In this document: one piece after another, positions 1 through 9,884 of the stretch | How positions within the stretch are numbered: the first letter of the stretch is position 1 | Layout: every line of letters starts with the position of its first letter | Source: an archaeon | GTDB taxonomy: Archaea; AGJL01; Methanococci; Methanococcales; Methanocaldococcaceae | Length of the DNA: 55,873 bases | NCBI GenBank assembly: GCA_024278985.1 | Contig: JAJRSC010000017.1 | Location: forward strand, 1-55,873 | Direction of reading: 5' to 3' | Translations under genes and position numbers: made by a program | The notes under the pieces: model-generated | Databases searched by the model: none | What the model saw: the letters and a program-made list of their open reading frames with translations, nothing else | Told to the model about the DNA's origin: nothing

Positions 1-1
1 A

Positions 2-262
2 ATAAAAGCAGCAGCTGAAAAAGCTGCTGAAAATATCCAAATAGCATTGAGAGATGTACAAGATGTTGCATCTATCTCCGAGGAGTTTGCAGCAACCGCT
101 GAAGAACTAACCGCCTCTACTGAAGAACTAAATGCTTCAATTGAAACATTTAAAGGAATTATAGAAAAAGTTAATCTAATAGCAACTGAAGCAGAGGAAT
201 TATCCAAAAGATTTAAAGTTCCATGTAAAGAAAATATAAAACCTGCAGAATCAAAGACTTAA
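2..262 (+). CDS. C-terminal end of a methyl-accepting chemotaxis protein (partial, runs off window start)
   Basis: Frame is open from position 2 (IKAAAEKAAENIQIALRDVQDVASISEEFAATAEELTASTEELNASIE...LSKRFKV). The SEE.AA.AEE..AS.EE heptads are typical of an MCP methylation helix. Confidence 0.75.
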   Translation: MKAAAEKAAENIQIALRDVQDVASISEEFAATAEELTASTEELNASIETFKGIIEKVNLIATEAEELSKRFKVPCKENIKPAESKT

Positions 263-427
263 TTTTTCTTTAATCTTATAATTTAATTCTTTCAATTTTT
301 TATATAACTCTTCATAATCATCAGTTTTTAAATTAAGTTTTTCTAATAAATCAATAATAGCCTCAAAATGTTCCTCAGTATGTTCAAGGGTATGTAATAA
401 CTTTTTAATTAATCTATCTTTTTCCAT
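251..427 (-). CDS. small hypothetical helical protein, 58 aa (not in ORF track)
   Basis: ATG at 427 preceded by GGGAG RBS. Translates MEKDRLIKKLLHTLEHTEEHFEAIIDLLEKLNLKTDDYEELYKKLKELNYKIKEKLSL, TGA at 251-253. Overlaps the end of the pantoate kinase gene and fills the gap. Confidence 0.7.
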   Translation of the reverse strand: MEKDRLIKKLLHTLEHTEEHFEAIIDLLEKLNLKTDDYEELYKKLKELNYKIKEKLSL

Positions 428-1212
428 GGTTCTCCCTTATTATATATCTTGCATACAATAGGGTTTTTTAATATGGAGATGGCATCATTTAAATGTTCTT
501 TTTTAACTATACAAAATAATGTTTTTCCAATCATTGATTGAGATGCTCCTACTGTAAAAGATAAGTCTTTACATAGTTCTTTTATTTTATCATCTATTAA
601 GTTAGTCCTTACTGCAAACTCATAAGAGAGTTTTATAAAATTCTTTATTGTAGGATTTAATAATAATCTATCTAAAATTTCTTCTCCAATATAGTTAATT
701 CTTTGAACATAATCAGGATTTATTAAAATATCTTTTGTATGCTTTTTACCAAGAATTTCAACAATTATATAATAATCATCTTCAATTATACCTCTTTTTA
801 TACTTGCTGGAAATCCAGGGGTTAATCTGATTACAAATCCTCCAATCTCTTGAGCTATAACATCTCCTAAACCTGTTTTACATTCAACCTCAGCAATATG
901 AGCAGTTTCTAATCCTAAATTAAGATTTTTTGATAAAGCTAAACTACAAGCTCCAGACATTCCTAAGCCAGAACCTAATGGAAATGGAGAAGAAAAATAT
1001 ACATCAAAAAGATTATCTACCTTATTTAATATTTTTTTTACTGGACAAATATCAACTCTTTCATTGTTATAATATATTTTCCCAGTTCCATTTTCTTCTA
1101 TATAAACTTCAACACCTTTATCTACTGTTAGCCCTGCACCAGTTGAACCTGATTTTAAAGGAGAATTATCTAAATGTATTGTAAAAAATCCTGTTATATG
1201 TGCCGGTATCAT
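409..1212 (-). CDS. pantoate kinase (GHMP kinase family)
   Basis: PAHITGFF N-terminus, GSTGAG, GHMP motif FPLGSGLGMSGA, AHIAEV..KTGLGDVIAQ..GG. Confidence 0.85.
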   Translation of the reverse strand: MIPAHITGFFTIHLDNSPLKSGSTGAGLTVDKGVEVYIEENGTGKIYYNNERVDICPVKKILNKVDNLFDVYFSSPFPLGSGLGMSGACSLALSKNLNLGLETAHIAEVECKTGLGDVIAQEIGGFVIRLTPGFPASIKRGIIEDDYYIIVEILGKKHTKDILINPDYVQRINYIGEEILDRLLLNPTIKNFIKLSYEFAVRTNLIDDKIKELCKDLSFTVGASQSMIGKTLFCIVKKEHLNDAISILKNPIVCKIYNKGEPWKKID

Positions 1213-1623
1213 TTATCTCCCAAATGCTCTATCAATAACTATATCAACAATTCTATCATCAGCACCTAAAGGTTCTCTATATATTATTTCAACATCTTCA
1301 GGAATATTAATTTTCTCATGATGATGGTGGTGATGGTGATGATGCTCTTCTCCATCATCTTCAATTAATCCCAAAATTTTTGGAATATCTCTTGTTGTGT
1401 GAATTCCATGAGCTAAAAAAACAGGGACAACAATAATTTTTTTAGCTCCTTTATCAATTGCATTTTTTATTGCTTGAGGAATTGTTGGTTCATTAAACTC
1501 CATTAAACCAACTTCAACAATTGGAAAAATATTTTTTTCCTTGATTTTTTCAGCTATCTTTAAAATAAATTCTTTACTATAGGGTAATCTACTACCATGC
1601 CCTACCAATACTAATGCCTCCAT
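1213..1623 (-). CDS. cfbA: sirohydrochlorin nickel/cobalt chelatase (CfbA/CbiXS)
   Basis: LVGHGSR, PVFLAHGIHT..DIP, nine-His loop, 136 aa. Confidence 0.9.
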   Translation of the reverse strand: MEALVLVGHGSRLPYSKEFILKIAEKIKEKNIFPIVEVGLMEFNEPTIPQAIKNAIDKGAKKIIVVPVFLAHGIHTTRDIPKILGLIEDDGEEHHHHHHHHHEKINIPEDVEIIYREPLGADDRIVDIVIDRAFGR

Positions 1624-1764
1624 ACCTTCACCATTTTAATAATTATTATGAAAAAAATAATGTTAAAGTAATATATTAAACTTATGATTTAAAAAGTAAG
1701 AAAAATAGAATAATATTATAATATTTGTGAAATATAAAAAATAGATAAAAAAATGGAGATTAAT

Positions 1765-2193
1765 TTATTTAAAGTATCTATCTAATAATCCTTTTAATAT
1801 TCTTGCATGTCTTGCTTCGTCTCTACTTGATTCATCAAAGAAGTCATGTGCAGGGTCTATATCTAATTCTTTAGCTTTTTTAGCAGCTTCTTTTTTCTCT
1901 TTGTTAGCCATACATTCTCCTTTTAACATCATTTCAAGGTTTTCTTTTAAATTGTCAGATATTACTCCATTCATTTCAGCAAAGTGTGCTGCATGTTCTG
2001 CTTCTTCCATAGCTATTTTTATTAATGCTGCAGCAACTTCTGGTAATCCTTCTCTTTCTGCATGTCTTGCCATTGCTAAGTACATTCCAACTTCTTTACA
2101 TTCTCCTTCAAAGTTTGCTTGAACAACTTTTTCTAATTCTGTTCCTTTTGTAATTCCTATTTTGTGTTCATTTATTAAGTCTAATTTTTCCAT
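1765..2193 (-). CDS. rubrerythrin-family diiron protein without a rubredoxin domain
   Basis: ANFEGE, YLAMAR.AEREG, EEAEHA and DEARHA (ExxH diiron motifs); no C-terminal CxxC pairs. Confidence 0.85.
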   Translation of the reverse strand: MEKLDLINEHKIGITKGTELEKVVQANFEGECKEVGMYLAMARHAEREGLPEVAAALIKIAMEEAEHAAHFAEMNGVISDNLKENLEMMLKGECMANKEKKEAAKKAKELDIDPAHDFFDESSRDEARHARILKGLLDRYFK

Positions 2194-2249
2194 ATCTTCA
2201 TCACCTTTTCATTATTTATTATCTATTTAGATAATACTAAAACATTTAG

Positions 2250-2264
2250 CATATAAATTTTTCG
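2250..2264 (-). promoter_or_regulatory. BRE + TATA box of the rubrerythrin gene
   Basis: Minus strand CGAAAAA-TTTATATG about 57 nt upstream of the ATG; GGTGA RBS downstream. Confidence 0.6.
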
Positions 2265-2307
2265 TTCGAATTTCGTTAAAAAATATACTTATTTATAATG
2301 GAATTAG

Positions 2308-3219
2308 TTATAATTTTGAAATGTATTTTATGATATTAGCCATAGCAACACAGCCATCTCCAACAGCTTTAGCAACTTGCATAACTCCCCCACAAACATC
2401 TCCAACAGCATAAACACCTTCAATATTTGTTTTGCAATTTTTATCTGTCTTAATGTAGCCTCCCTCTGTTAGTTCAATTCCACTATTTTTTAAAAAATCA
2501 GTATTGGGAATATGTCCTAAACTTATAAATATTCCATCAGCTTTAATTTCTTTAATTTCTCCATCAACGTCTATTTTAACTCCTTCAGCTTTTTCTTTTC
2601 CAAAAATTTCTAATGGTTTGGCATTGTATACTATTTCTAAATTATTTATTTCTTTTAATTTATCTAACATAATTGGCTCAGCTGCTTTTAATTTTGATTT
2701 GTCAGTTATAAGAATGATTTTTTTGGCAATGTCTTTTAAGTTTATAGCACTCATTATTGCAGGAGTATCTCTCCCTATAACTATAACCTCCTTACCTAAA
2801 TAAAAGAAGGCATCGCACATTGTACAATAACTAACTCCTCTCCCAATAAATTTATCCTCGCCAATATTCAATTTTTTTGGTCTTGTTCCAGTAGCTATAA
2901 CAATAGTTTTTGTTTCATAAGTATTTTTATTTGTTATAACTTTGTAAGGTTGTTCTTTTATATCCAATCCAACAACCTCCTCATAAATAATAGGTAGTTT
3001 AAACTTTTCAGCATGATTTTTAAATTTCTCAGCTAATTCTATACCTCTAATACTATCAAATCCAGGATAATTTTCTACAATTCCAGCCTCAGCAATTCTT
3101 CCCCCTGCATTTTCTTTTTCTAAACATAATACTTTTAGCTTTCCTCTCATAGCATAAATTCCTGCAGTTAATCCACCAGGTCCAGCACCTATAATAATAG
3201 TATCATACATTTTTATCAC
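2308..3219 (-). CDS. trxB: thioredoxin reductase, probably the F420-dependent type; likely start ATG 3210
   Basis: GAGPGG FAD motif, GVSYCTMCD redox CxxC, GVYAVGD; NADPH motif replaced by VIGRDTPA. Confidence 0.85.
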   Translation of the reverse strand: MIKMYDTIIIGAGPGGLTAGIYAMRGKLKVLCLEKENAGGRIAEAGIVENYPGFDSIRGIELAEKFKNHAEKFKLPIIYEEVVGLDIKEQPYKVITNKNTYETKTIVIATGTRPKKLNIGEDKFIGRGVSYCTMCDAFFYLGKEVIVIGRDTPAIMSAINLKDIAKKIILITDKSKLKAAEPIMLDKLKEINNLEIVYNAKPLEIFGKEKAEGVKIDVDGEIKEIKADGIFISLGHIPNTDFLKNSGIELTEGGYIKTDKNCKTNIEGVYAVGDVCGGVMQVAKAVGDGCVAMANIIKYISKL

Positions 3220-4471
3220 TCAATAAATCAATTAATTGTATTGGCTTACTTAAATGTCTTCTTGCAGTTCCAGGAACTTCATAAAAACCAGGGTTAATAT
3301 CCCTCTTGATTTCTATCTTTTTTGGCTCTTTAATTATTTTTTTACATTTTCTACACTTATATCCTGTCTTTTTACCTTTTGCTTTTAATGTTCCTCCACA
3401 AAATGGGCAAGTTTTATCTAAAATAAATTTTTTTTCTAATTTTAAAATTTTAATTTTTTCTATATTTATAGTTAATGGCTTTTCTCTAACAGTTCCATAA
3501 ACTGCAATATAATCTCCAGCTATTAACTTTCTTATTATATCCCTAAATCCTTTAGTTGGTTCATAAGCAATACAATCAATTTCTCCCGTACTATCAGACA
3601 ATCTAAATATTACATGTCCTCCCTCTAAATTTGTTGGTTCTTTTATAATCTTTCCATAAACTATAACTCCAGTGTTTGGATAAATATCTTTAATTTTAAA
3701 ATGTCTTAGATGGACATCAGTCCCATGGTTTGTTTTAAATATCATAAATCTCTCAGGCTTTTCACCTTTAACTAAAAAATAGGCATCAATCAAATATTTT
3801 ATGTCTATCCCTCTAATCCCATATAAAACAGGGCATTTTGTATTTGGAGTTATAAGGACTTTTTTATTTTCATAATCATAGTTATCATATGTGTATGGAA
3901 AGGTTTCTTTATCCATTTTTATAACACTTTCCTCATCAATAATCCTTTTTTTTCCCCACATCTCTCTTTTTCTATATGCAATTAATTCATATGTATATGG
4001 AGGATTTGAAGAAATAGCTCCTAAAGCTCCAATAATTCCCCTACCAAGTTTAATTTTTATATATTCTCCTTTAATCTTTTTTAATATTCTCTCAGCATAA
4101 TTTATATCAACTATATCGTAAAGAACTTTTTTATAGTAGTTTTTTAAGATTTCACTATTTTTTTTATAATTTTCAGAAGATAAAAAGACAATTCCTGGAT
4201 TTGTGTTAGGAGAGGATAGGTCAGAATATTTTTCCACATAATTGATAACAACATTTTTTATAAATTCTTCATCCCCTTTTTCAGCATTTAGTATTTGTAA
4301 AGCAACTCCACCATTTCCCCTGGTTTTGTATTTAACCATAGGATTGAATCTTATAAGTTTAGGAATATTTAGAAGATATCCATTATTTTTTAGTTCATCA
4401 TAGATAAGTGTAGCTAAGTATGTTGTACAATACTTTTCTCTGCTATCTGTATCATCAATTCCTATAAACAT
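3203..4471 (-). CDS. tiaS: tRNA(Ile2) 2-agmatinylcytidine synthetase
   Basis: IGIDDTDS...[28 protein letters not shown] fold (AYEPTKGFR), Zn ribbon [16 protein letters not shown]. Confidence 0.93.
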   Translation of the reverse strand: MFIGIDDTDSREKYCTTYLATLIYDELKNNGYLLNIPKLIRFNPMVKYKTRGNGGVALQILNAEKGDEEFIKNVVINYVEKYSDLSSPNTNPGIVFLSSENYKKNSEILKNYYKKVLYDIVDINYAERILKKIKGEYIKIKLGRGIIGALGAISSNPPYTYELIAYRKREMWGKKRIIDEESVIKMDKETFPYTYDNYDYENKKVLITPNTKCPVLYGIRGIDIKYLIDAYFLVKGEKPERFMIFKTNHGTDVHLRHFKIKDIYPNTGVIVYGKIIKEPTNLEGGHVIFRLSDSTGEIDCIAYEPTKGFRDIIRKLIAGDYIAVYGTVREKPLTINIEKIKILKLEKKFILDKTCPFCGGTLKAKGKKTGYKCRKCKKIIKEPKKIEIKRDINPGFYEVPGTARRHLSKPIQLIDLLSDKNV

Positions 4472-5370
4472 AATTCCACCAAAATCTTAATTATTTCCCT
4501 TAAATTTTCTTTTAAATCTTCTAATTGTATTTTTTTGGTTTCAAATACCACCCCTTTTTTTAAAATTCTTTCATAATTTGGGCATAATGTAGTTAAAGAT
4601 TTTTTATTATCCAATTTTATTAATGAATTTATATTTTTAGATAGTTCTTTATTATTTTTACATCCAATAAAAACAGATAAACTTTCTTTATCCTTAAATA
4701 GTGTGTTTAATCTTCTTTTAATTTTAAAATTACACTCAACATACCCCTTATACACTTTTTTAGCATTTAAAAGTTCTTCTTTTAATAGTGAAAAATAGTT
4801 TATAGTTTTGTAGGTTTTAGTTAAAATATTGAGTTCATTCTTAAAATTGTTATATATTTCCTCTTTAACTCCTATAAATCCTCCATATTCACAATTTAAT
4901 ATTTTTGGAGACCCTGTTGAAGCAACAACAATATCACCATAACCACAATCTCCTCCTATTTTTCCTGAAATGTCTTCAATAAAAAATAATTTATTATCTT
5001 CAGCTATCTCTTTAATTTTTTTTAAATTATTTTCTGTTAGATATCCAGGGAGAGATGTTATAATAAATGGTAAATTTTTATAGTTAATTTCTTCAACAAC
5101 TCCCAAATTTGTTTTAATTTTTTCTATATCCATTTCTAAAATATTTGGATAATTTAAAAAACCTCTCCATCCTCCCATATCAGGAATTAAAATTTTCTTA
5201 TATTTTCTAACCAAAAATATAGAAATAAAAACTCCTGCAGAGCCAGATGGTAAGAAAAAGAGTTTATAATCTTCTTTTAACAATGAGTTTATAATTTCTT
5301 CTACTTCTTCCTTATTTCCTTCCTTATTTACTAATCCATATATATTTGGCCTTCTATGTCTTAGATACAT
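4462..5370 (-). CDS. uncharacterised PLP-dependent transferase-fold protein
   Basis: [30 protein letters not shown]...GGFI (fold-type I Lys motif). Confidence 0.55.
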   Translation of the reverse strand: MYLRHRRPNIYGLVNKEGNKEEVEEIINSLLKEDYKLFFLPSGSAGVFISIFLVRKYKKILIPDMGGWRGFLNYPNILEMDIEKIKTNLGVVEEINYKNLPFIITSLPGYLTENNLKKIKEIAEDNKLFFIEDISGKIGGDCGYGDIVVASTGSPKILNCEYGGFIGVKEEIYNNFKNELNILTKTYKTINYFSLLKEELLNAKKVYKGYVECNFKIKRRLNTLFKDKESLSVFIGCKNNKELSKNINSLIKLDNKKSLTTLCPNYERILKKGVVFETKKIQLEDLKENLREIIKILVELCL

Positions 5371-5382
5371 AAAACTTACTCC

Positions 5383-5838
5383 TTACACAATTATTTTAAA
5401 CTCAATATATCCATCTATTAAATAATCAAATTTTATCTCTTTATCCCATCCATATTTTTGAAATACTGACATAAAACATATACCAATTAAAAGTTTTGGA
5501 TTCATCTCCTCCAAAAATGTTTTTACCTTATCAATGCTTACCCCATGTTTTGGCATGGCTAAGCCACCAAATAATACAACACAGTCAGATTTTGGAAGGT
5601 CTTTTATATTATCCAACTTTATTATTTTCTCATTACTATCAAACACTAATTTTTTTGCTTTACTAATCTCACAATTTGGAATAAAATAACTTTCAATATC
5701 TCTGACAGAATATCCAAACAACTCTACAAATGGCTGACATACAAATGAAGAACCAACAAAAATAATACTTTTAACATTATTATTCTTTATAATTTCTCTA
5801 AAACTTTTTAGTAGTGGAACTAATCCCTTATTGTCCAT
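5383..5838 (-). CDS. conserved methanogen protein (DUF2124-like)
   Basis: VCQPFVELFGY, VLFGGLAMPK, GICFMSVFQK.GW...FDYLIDG. Confidence 0.6.
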   Translation of the reverse strand: MDNKGLVPLLKSFREIIKNNNVKSIIFVGSSFVCQPFVELFGYSVRDIESYFIPNCEISKAKKLVFDSNEKIIKLDNIKDLPKSDCVVLFGGLAMPKHGVSIDKVKTFLEEMNPKLLIGICFMSVFQKYGWDKEIKFDYLIDGYIEFKIIV

Positions 5839-5850
5839 ATTTTCCTACCT

Positions 5851-6519
5851 TTAAATATATTCTTTGAATTCAGGAAAGTTTTTAATTATATAATCTTTAT
5901 CTCTTTCTATATATATATGAGCACTAACGGAGATATGAGTATAGTTTTTTAATTTAATTCCTAATCTTTTAGCAACTTCTTCCCCTAAAGTTATTAAACC
6001 AATTGCATTTGCTGGAAACGCTAACAATATATCATTACTTCTAAATAAAACTGTTTGATACAAATTATTATCTCTTATCAAAAATTGTATATACTGTAAG
6101 CAAGGCACAGAACCTCTATCATCCTTAGATATTTCAATATCCACCTCTGGAATCCATGTAATTGCTAAGGCTCTTCTACTATTTTTTTGTTCCTTTAACT
6201 TATTAACAATAAAATCAATCTGATTAACTCCCTTATATTTAAATAACCTCTCATGATAATCATATGAAAATTTTGTTTTTGAGCCATATAATAAATTATC
6301 TGTGTAGTTTTTAACAAATTCCTCTCCTAATGGGTATTTATTAGGAACTCTTTTAAGTTTTGGGTTTGTTATTTCTACAACTACATTTAATATTTCTTTT
6401 GTTACTTCTCCAAACTCAGTTTCTACAGTATTTCCATCCTTTAATATCTTTTCAACTAAGATATTATATGCTGACTCAACAGATGGTTTTTTAATTAATA
6501 TAGCCATTGTTATCAACAT
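5851..6519 (-). CDS. thyA: archaeal thymidylate synthase family protein
   Basis: SRRALAITW.P..D, catalytic VPCL, QFLIRD, FRSND, AFPAN, SAHIY. Confidence 0.8.
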   Translation of the reverse strand: MLITMAILIKKPSVESAYNILVEKILKDGNTVETEFGEVTKEILNVVVEITNPKLKRVPNKYPLGEEFVKNYTDNLLYGSKTKFSYDYHERLFKYKGVNQIDFIVNKLKEQKNSRRALAITWIPEVDIEISKDDRGSVPCLQYIQFLIRDNNLYQTVLFRSNDILLAFPANAIGLITLGEEVAKRLGIKLKNYTHISVSAHIYIERDKDYIIKNFPEFKEYI

Positions 6520-6578
6520 AAAATTTATGTGCTCCTAATTATATATCTCATTGTAATATAAATAATTGAGGTAAATTT

Positions 6579-7568
6579 ATGGAACCTATTGCAGTCTGGT
6601 TAAAAGAAGATATATATAGAGATTTTACAGCAGGAAAAGCATTAACAATAATATTAAAAACCTCAGGATGTTCATATAGAAGATGTGTTTTCTGTTCTTA
6701 TTATTTAGATGCTTCAGAAAAACAACCAACACCTGAGGAACTTATAAACCAGTTTGAAAAAGCATTATCCAAATATAATTTAAAAGATTTAGATACATTC
6801 TCAGTTAAGATATTTACCTCAGGTAGTTTTTTGGATGATAATGAAGTTTATAAAGAGGTTAGAGAATATATATATAAAAGGTTATCAGAATTTGAAAATT
6901 TAAAGGAACTTTCTATAGAATCAAGAGCAGAGTTTATAACAGAAAAAAAATTAAAAGAAATTAGGGAATATTTAGATATAAATGTAGAAATTGGTTTGGG
7001 AGTTGAAACAGCAAATGAAAAGCTTAGACAACTTTTAAATAAAAATTTAAGTAATAAACAGATTGAGGAAGTTGTAAAATTGGCAAATAAGTATAATATA
7101 GGAATTAAGGCATATCTCTTAATAAAACCACCATTTTTAACAGAAAGATTGGCAATAGAAGATGCAATAAAATCTGCAGAATACTGTATTAAAATAGGAT
7201 GTTCAAGAGTATCATTCTGTCCTGTTACAATACACAAAAACACAATATTGGAATATCTTTGGAGAAAAAAACAATATAGACCAGCATATATTTGGAGTAT
7301 TAGAGAGATTTTAACCAAAATTAAAAAAGATTATCCTAATTATTTGGTTATGGTTGATACTTCTGGTTTAGGAACTAAAAGAGGACCCTATAATTGTGAA
7401 AAATGTAACAAAGATTTTAAAACTGCAATAGAAAGATATAACATAACTCAAAATATAGATTATCTAAATATTAACTGTGAATGTAAAAAATTTTGGGAAA
7501 TATTTAAAAAGAAAGAAATTATCCCTATTCAGGAATCTTATCTTTTGGAGCCACTACACTCAATTTAG
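6579..7568 (+). CDS. radical SAM protein, RaSEA (archaeosine synthesis) type
   Basis: LTIILKTSGCSYRRCVFC, KIFTSGSFLD, IESRAEF, GLGVETAN, YLLIKPPFL, GTKRGPYNC. Confidence 0.75.
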   Translation: MEPIAVWLKEDIYRDFTAGKALTIILKTSGCSYRRCVFCSYYLDASEKQPTPEELINQFEKALSKYNLKDLDTFSVKIFTSGSFLDDNEVYKEVREYIYKRLSEFENLKELSIESRAEFITEKKLKEIREYLDINVEIGLGVETANEKLRQLLNKNLSNKQIEEVVKLANKYNIGIKAYLLIKPPFLTERLAIEDAIKSAEYCIKIGCSRVSFCPVTIHKNTILEYLWRKKQYRPAYIWSIREILTKIKKDYPNYLVMVDTSGLGTKRGPYNCEKCNKDFKTAIERYNITQNIDYLNINCECKKFWEIFKKKEIIPIQESYLLEPLHSI

Positions 7569-7950
7569 CTAATTTAACACCTTTAATAGTTGAGATATTA
7601 TTTTTTAATTCAATTATTTTTTTTGCATCTCCAGAGATAATAATTATTTCTAAGCAGTTGTCCTCATCTAAATGTATATGTAAGTTGGCCATTATAACAT
7701 CTTTATATTTATGTTGAAGGTCTGTCAATTTTTCCAAAATTTCAGGGGCATGATGGTTGTATATAACTGATAATGTTCCTACTCTCTCCCCTTCTAAACT
7801 TTTTAGCCATTTATATTTTATAATGTACTCTCTTAAAGCATCTCTTATTGCTTCACTTCTACTTGCATAACCTTTTTCATCAATAATTTTATCAAACTCT
7901 TCCAATAATTTAGATGGTAAGGATATTGAAATTCTTTCCATATCACTCAT
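7525..7950 (-). CDS. nikR: nickel-responsive regulator NikR
   Basis: RHH domain RISISLP...SRSEAIRDA; YNHH, HIHLD..NCLE. Confidence 0.93.
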   Translation of the reverse strand: MSDMERISISLPSKLLEEFDKIIDEKGYASRSEAIRDALREYIIKYKWLKSLEGERVGTLSVIYNHHAPEILEKLTDLQHKYKDVIMANLHIHLDEDNCLEIIIISGDAKKIIELKNNISTIKGVKLAKLSVVAPKDKIPE

Positions 7951-8025
7951 ATTATACCCTCTAATAAATATTAATAAATAATACTTTATATAAAAATAGT
8001 ATATAAATTTTTATTAAGTGGTAAT

Positions 8026-8910
8026 ATGACATTAATTATATGTTATTATGGAGCCAATGGAGCTGTTATTGGTGGAGATAGAAGACAAATATTTTTTAGA
8101 GGGAATGAAGAAAAAAGAGAAATTTTAGAAAAAAAACTTTATTCAGGGGAGATAAAGAGTGAGGAAGAACTTTATAAAATAGCTGAAGAGTTAGGAATTA
8201 AGATAATTGTTGAGGATAATAGAAAAAAGGTATGGAAGGTTAATGATAAAGTTGTAGCTGGAGAAGTTAGAAGTTTAGGAATTGATGCAAAAAGAAGAAG
8301 AGTTTATGCAACAAAGAAAAAATGTGTTATTATTGATATATTAAATGATACTGTTATTAAAGAAATATTTAAGGAAGGTTTTGGGTTGGTTGTATTTGGA
8401 AATAAATATTTAAAGGAAAAAGTTGATGAAGAACTTAAAAATAAGGCAAAACTATTCCCAATGATGAATATTAAAGAGATAGAAAAAGTAATATCAGAGT
8501 TTTTTGAAAAATATAATTGGCATCCAACATTAAGTAAAGAATATGATATTTTATCAGTTGATAAAGAAGAAAAAAACTTTAATAATATAGTTAAGGAAGA
8601 TATAAACAAATTGTTTAAATACAGAGAAGAATTAAGGCAAAAATTAATAGATTTTGGTAAGGTTATGAATATAGTAAATAAAATTGTTAAAAATGGGGAG
8701 ATTGGAATAGTTAAAGATGGAAAACTTCATCTATATGATGATTTTATAGCAGTTGATTCAATTTCTCCAAATCCAAATAAGTATAAAGTAATTGATATTA
8801 TTGGAGATATAAAAGATGGTGATATTATCATTATAGAAAATGGAGATATGAAGATTAAGAATACTAATAAAAGAGTCCATACAAATTATATAATCTGTTA
8901 TAAATTTTGA
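8026..8910 (+). CDS. connectase (DUF2121, proteasome beta-like Ntn protein ligase)
   Basis: N-terminal nucleophile [31 protein letters not shown]......RRRVYAT; C-terminal beta extension. Confidence 0.75.
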   Translation: MTLIICYYGANGAVIGGDRRQIFFRGNEEKREILEKKLYSGEIKSEEELYKIAEELGIKIIVEDNRKKVWKVNDKVVAGEVRSLGIDAKRRRVYATKKKCVIIDILNDTVIKEIFKEGFGLVVFGNKYLKEKVDEELKNKAKLFPMMNIKEIEKVISEFFEKYNWHPTLSKEYDILSVDKEEKNFNNIVKEDINKLFKYREELRQKLIDFGKVMNIVNKIVKNGEIGIVKDGKLHLYDDFIAVDSISPNPNKYKVIDIIGDIKDGDIIIIENGDMKIKNTNKRVHTNYIICYKF

Positions 8911-8922
8911 GGTGAGTTTTTA

Positions 8923-9705
8923 ATGGCCATTGCTATTGCTATTGCTTCTGGTAAGGGAGGTACTGGAAAAACTACAATAGCTGCAAATCTTGCAGTTGCT
9001 ATGGCTAAATTTGGTAAAAAGGTAGCTGTTTTAGATGCTGATATTGCTATGGCTAATCTTGAGCTTATAATGGGTTTAGAAGGAAAACCAGTAACATTAA
9101 ATGATGTCTTAGCTGGAAGAGCAGATATAAGAGAGGCAATTTATGAAGGTCCTGAGGGTGTTTTAGTTATTCCTGCAGGAGTCTCATTAGAAAAGTTTAG
9201 AAAAGCAAAACCAGAAAAGTTGGAAGAGGTTTTAAAAACAATTCATGATATGGTTGATATATTAATTATTGATTGTCCAGCTGGAATTGGAAAAGAAACA
9301 TTAATAGCTATTTCTGCTGCAGATGGATTAATAGTTGTTGTAAATCCAGAAATATCATCTATATCTGATGCTTTAAAAGTCTTAGCTATTACTAAAAGAT
9401 TAGGAACTGATATTATTGGAGCTATAGTTAATAGAGTATCTAATGAAAGTACAGAATTAAGTGTTAAGGCAATTGAAACAATTTTAGAAGTTCCTGTTAT
9501 TGGTGTTGTTCCTGAAGACCCCAATGTTAGAAAAGCAGCAGCATTTGGGGTTCCATTAGTAGTTATGTATCCTGATTCTCCTGCCTCTCAAGCGATAATG
9601 GAAATAGCTGCTAAGTTAATTGGTGTTAAATATGAACCTAAAATTAAAAAGAAAAAAGAAAGTTTTATTTCAAGATTACTTAAAGGATTGTTTGGGAGGA
9701 GGTAA
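8923..9705 (+). CDS. minD: MinD family ATPase
   Basis: Deviant Walker A ASGKGGTGKTT, DADIAMANL, IDCPAG; C-terminal amphipathic helix FISRLLKGLFGRR. Confidence 0.9.
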   Translation: MAIAIAIASGKGGTGKTTIAANLAVAMAKFGKKVAVLDADIAMANLELIMGLEGKPVTLNDVLAGRADIREAIYEGPEGVLVIPAGVSLEKFRKAKPEKLEEVLKTIHDMVDILIIDCPAGIGKETLIAISAADGLIVVVNPEISSISDALKVLAITKRLGTDIIGAIVNRVSNESTELSVKAIETILEVPVIGVVPEDPNVRKAAAFGVPLVVMYPDSPASQAIMEIAAKLIGVKYEPKIKKKKESFISRLLKGLFGRR

Positions 9706-9708
9706 GTC

Positions 9709-9882
9709 ATGATAATACTTTATGTTATAGTAGCAATTAGTATACTTCTAAATATTGTTTTAGCAATAAAGGTTTATCAACTACAACAAGAGTTAAATAA
9801 AATTAAAAGAGCTACAATGTTAACAAAAGAGGAGGTTGAAAAATTAAATGAAAGATTAAGAAAATTAAAGTTAGGGGGATAA
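9709..9882 (+). CDS. small single-pass membrane protein with coiled coil, 57 aa (not in ORF track)
   Basis: GGAGGAGG RBS then ATG at 9709: MIILYVIVAISILLNIVLAIKVYQLQQELNKIKRATMLTKEEVEKLNERLRKLKLGG. Fills the minD-9885 gap. Confidence 0.8.
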   Translation: MIILYVIVAISILLNIVLAIKVYQLQQELNKIKRATMLTKEEVEKLNERLRKLKLGG

Positions 9883-9884
9883 TT

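Noticed and set aside
1640-1680. NikR operator upstream of cfbA (also looked for at 7951-8025)
   Set aside because: Only TATTA/TAATA matches with the wrong spacing, in nearly pure AT sequence; indistinguishable from background.
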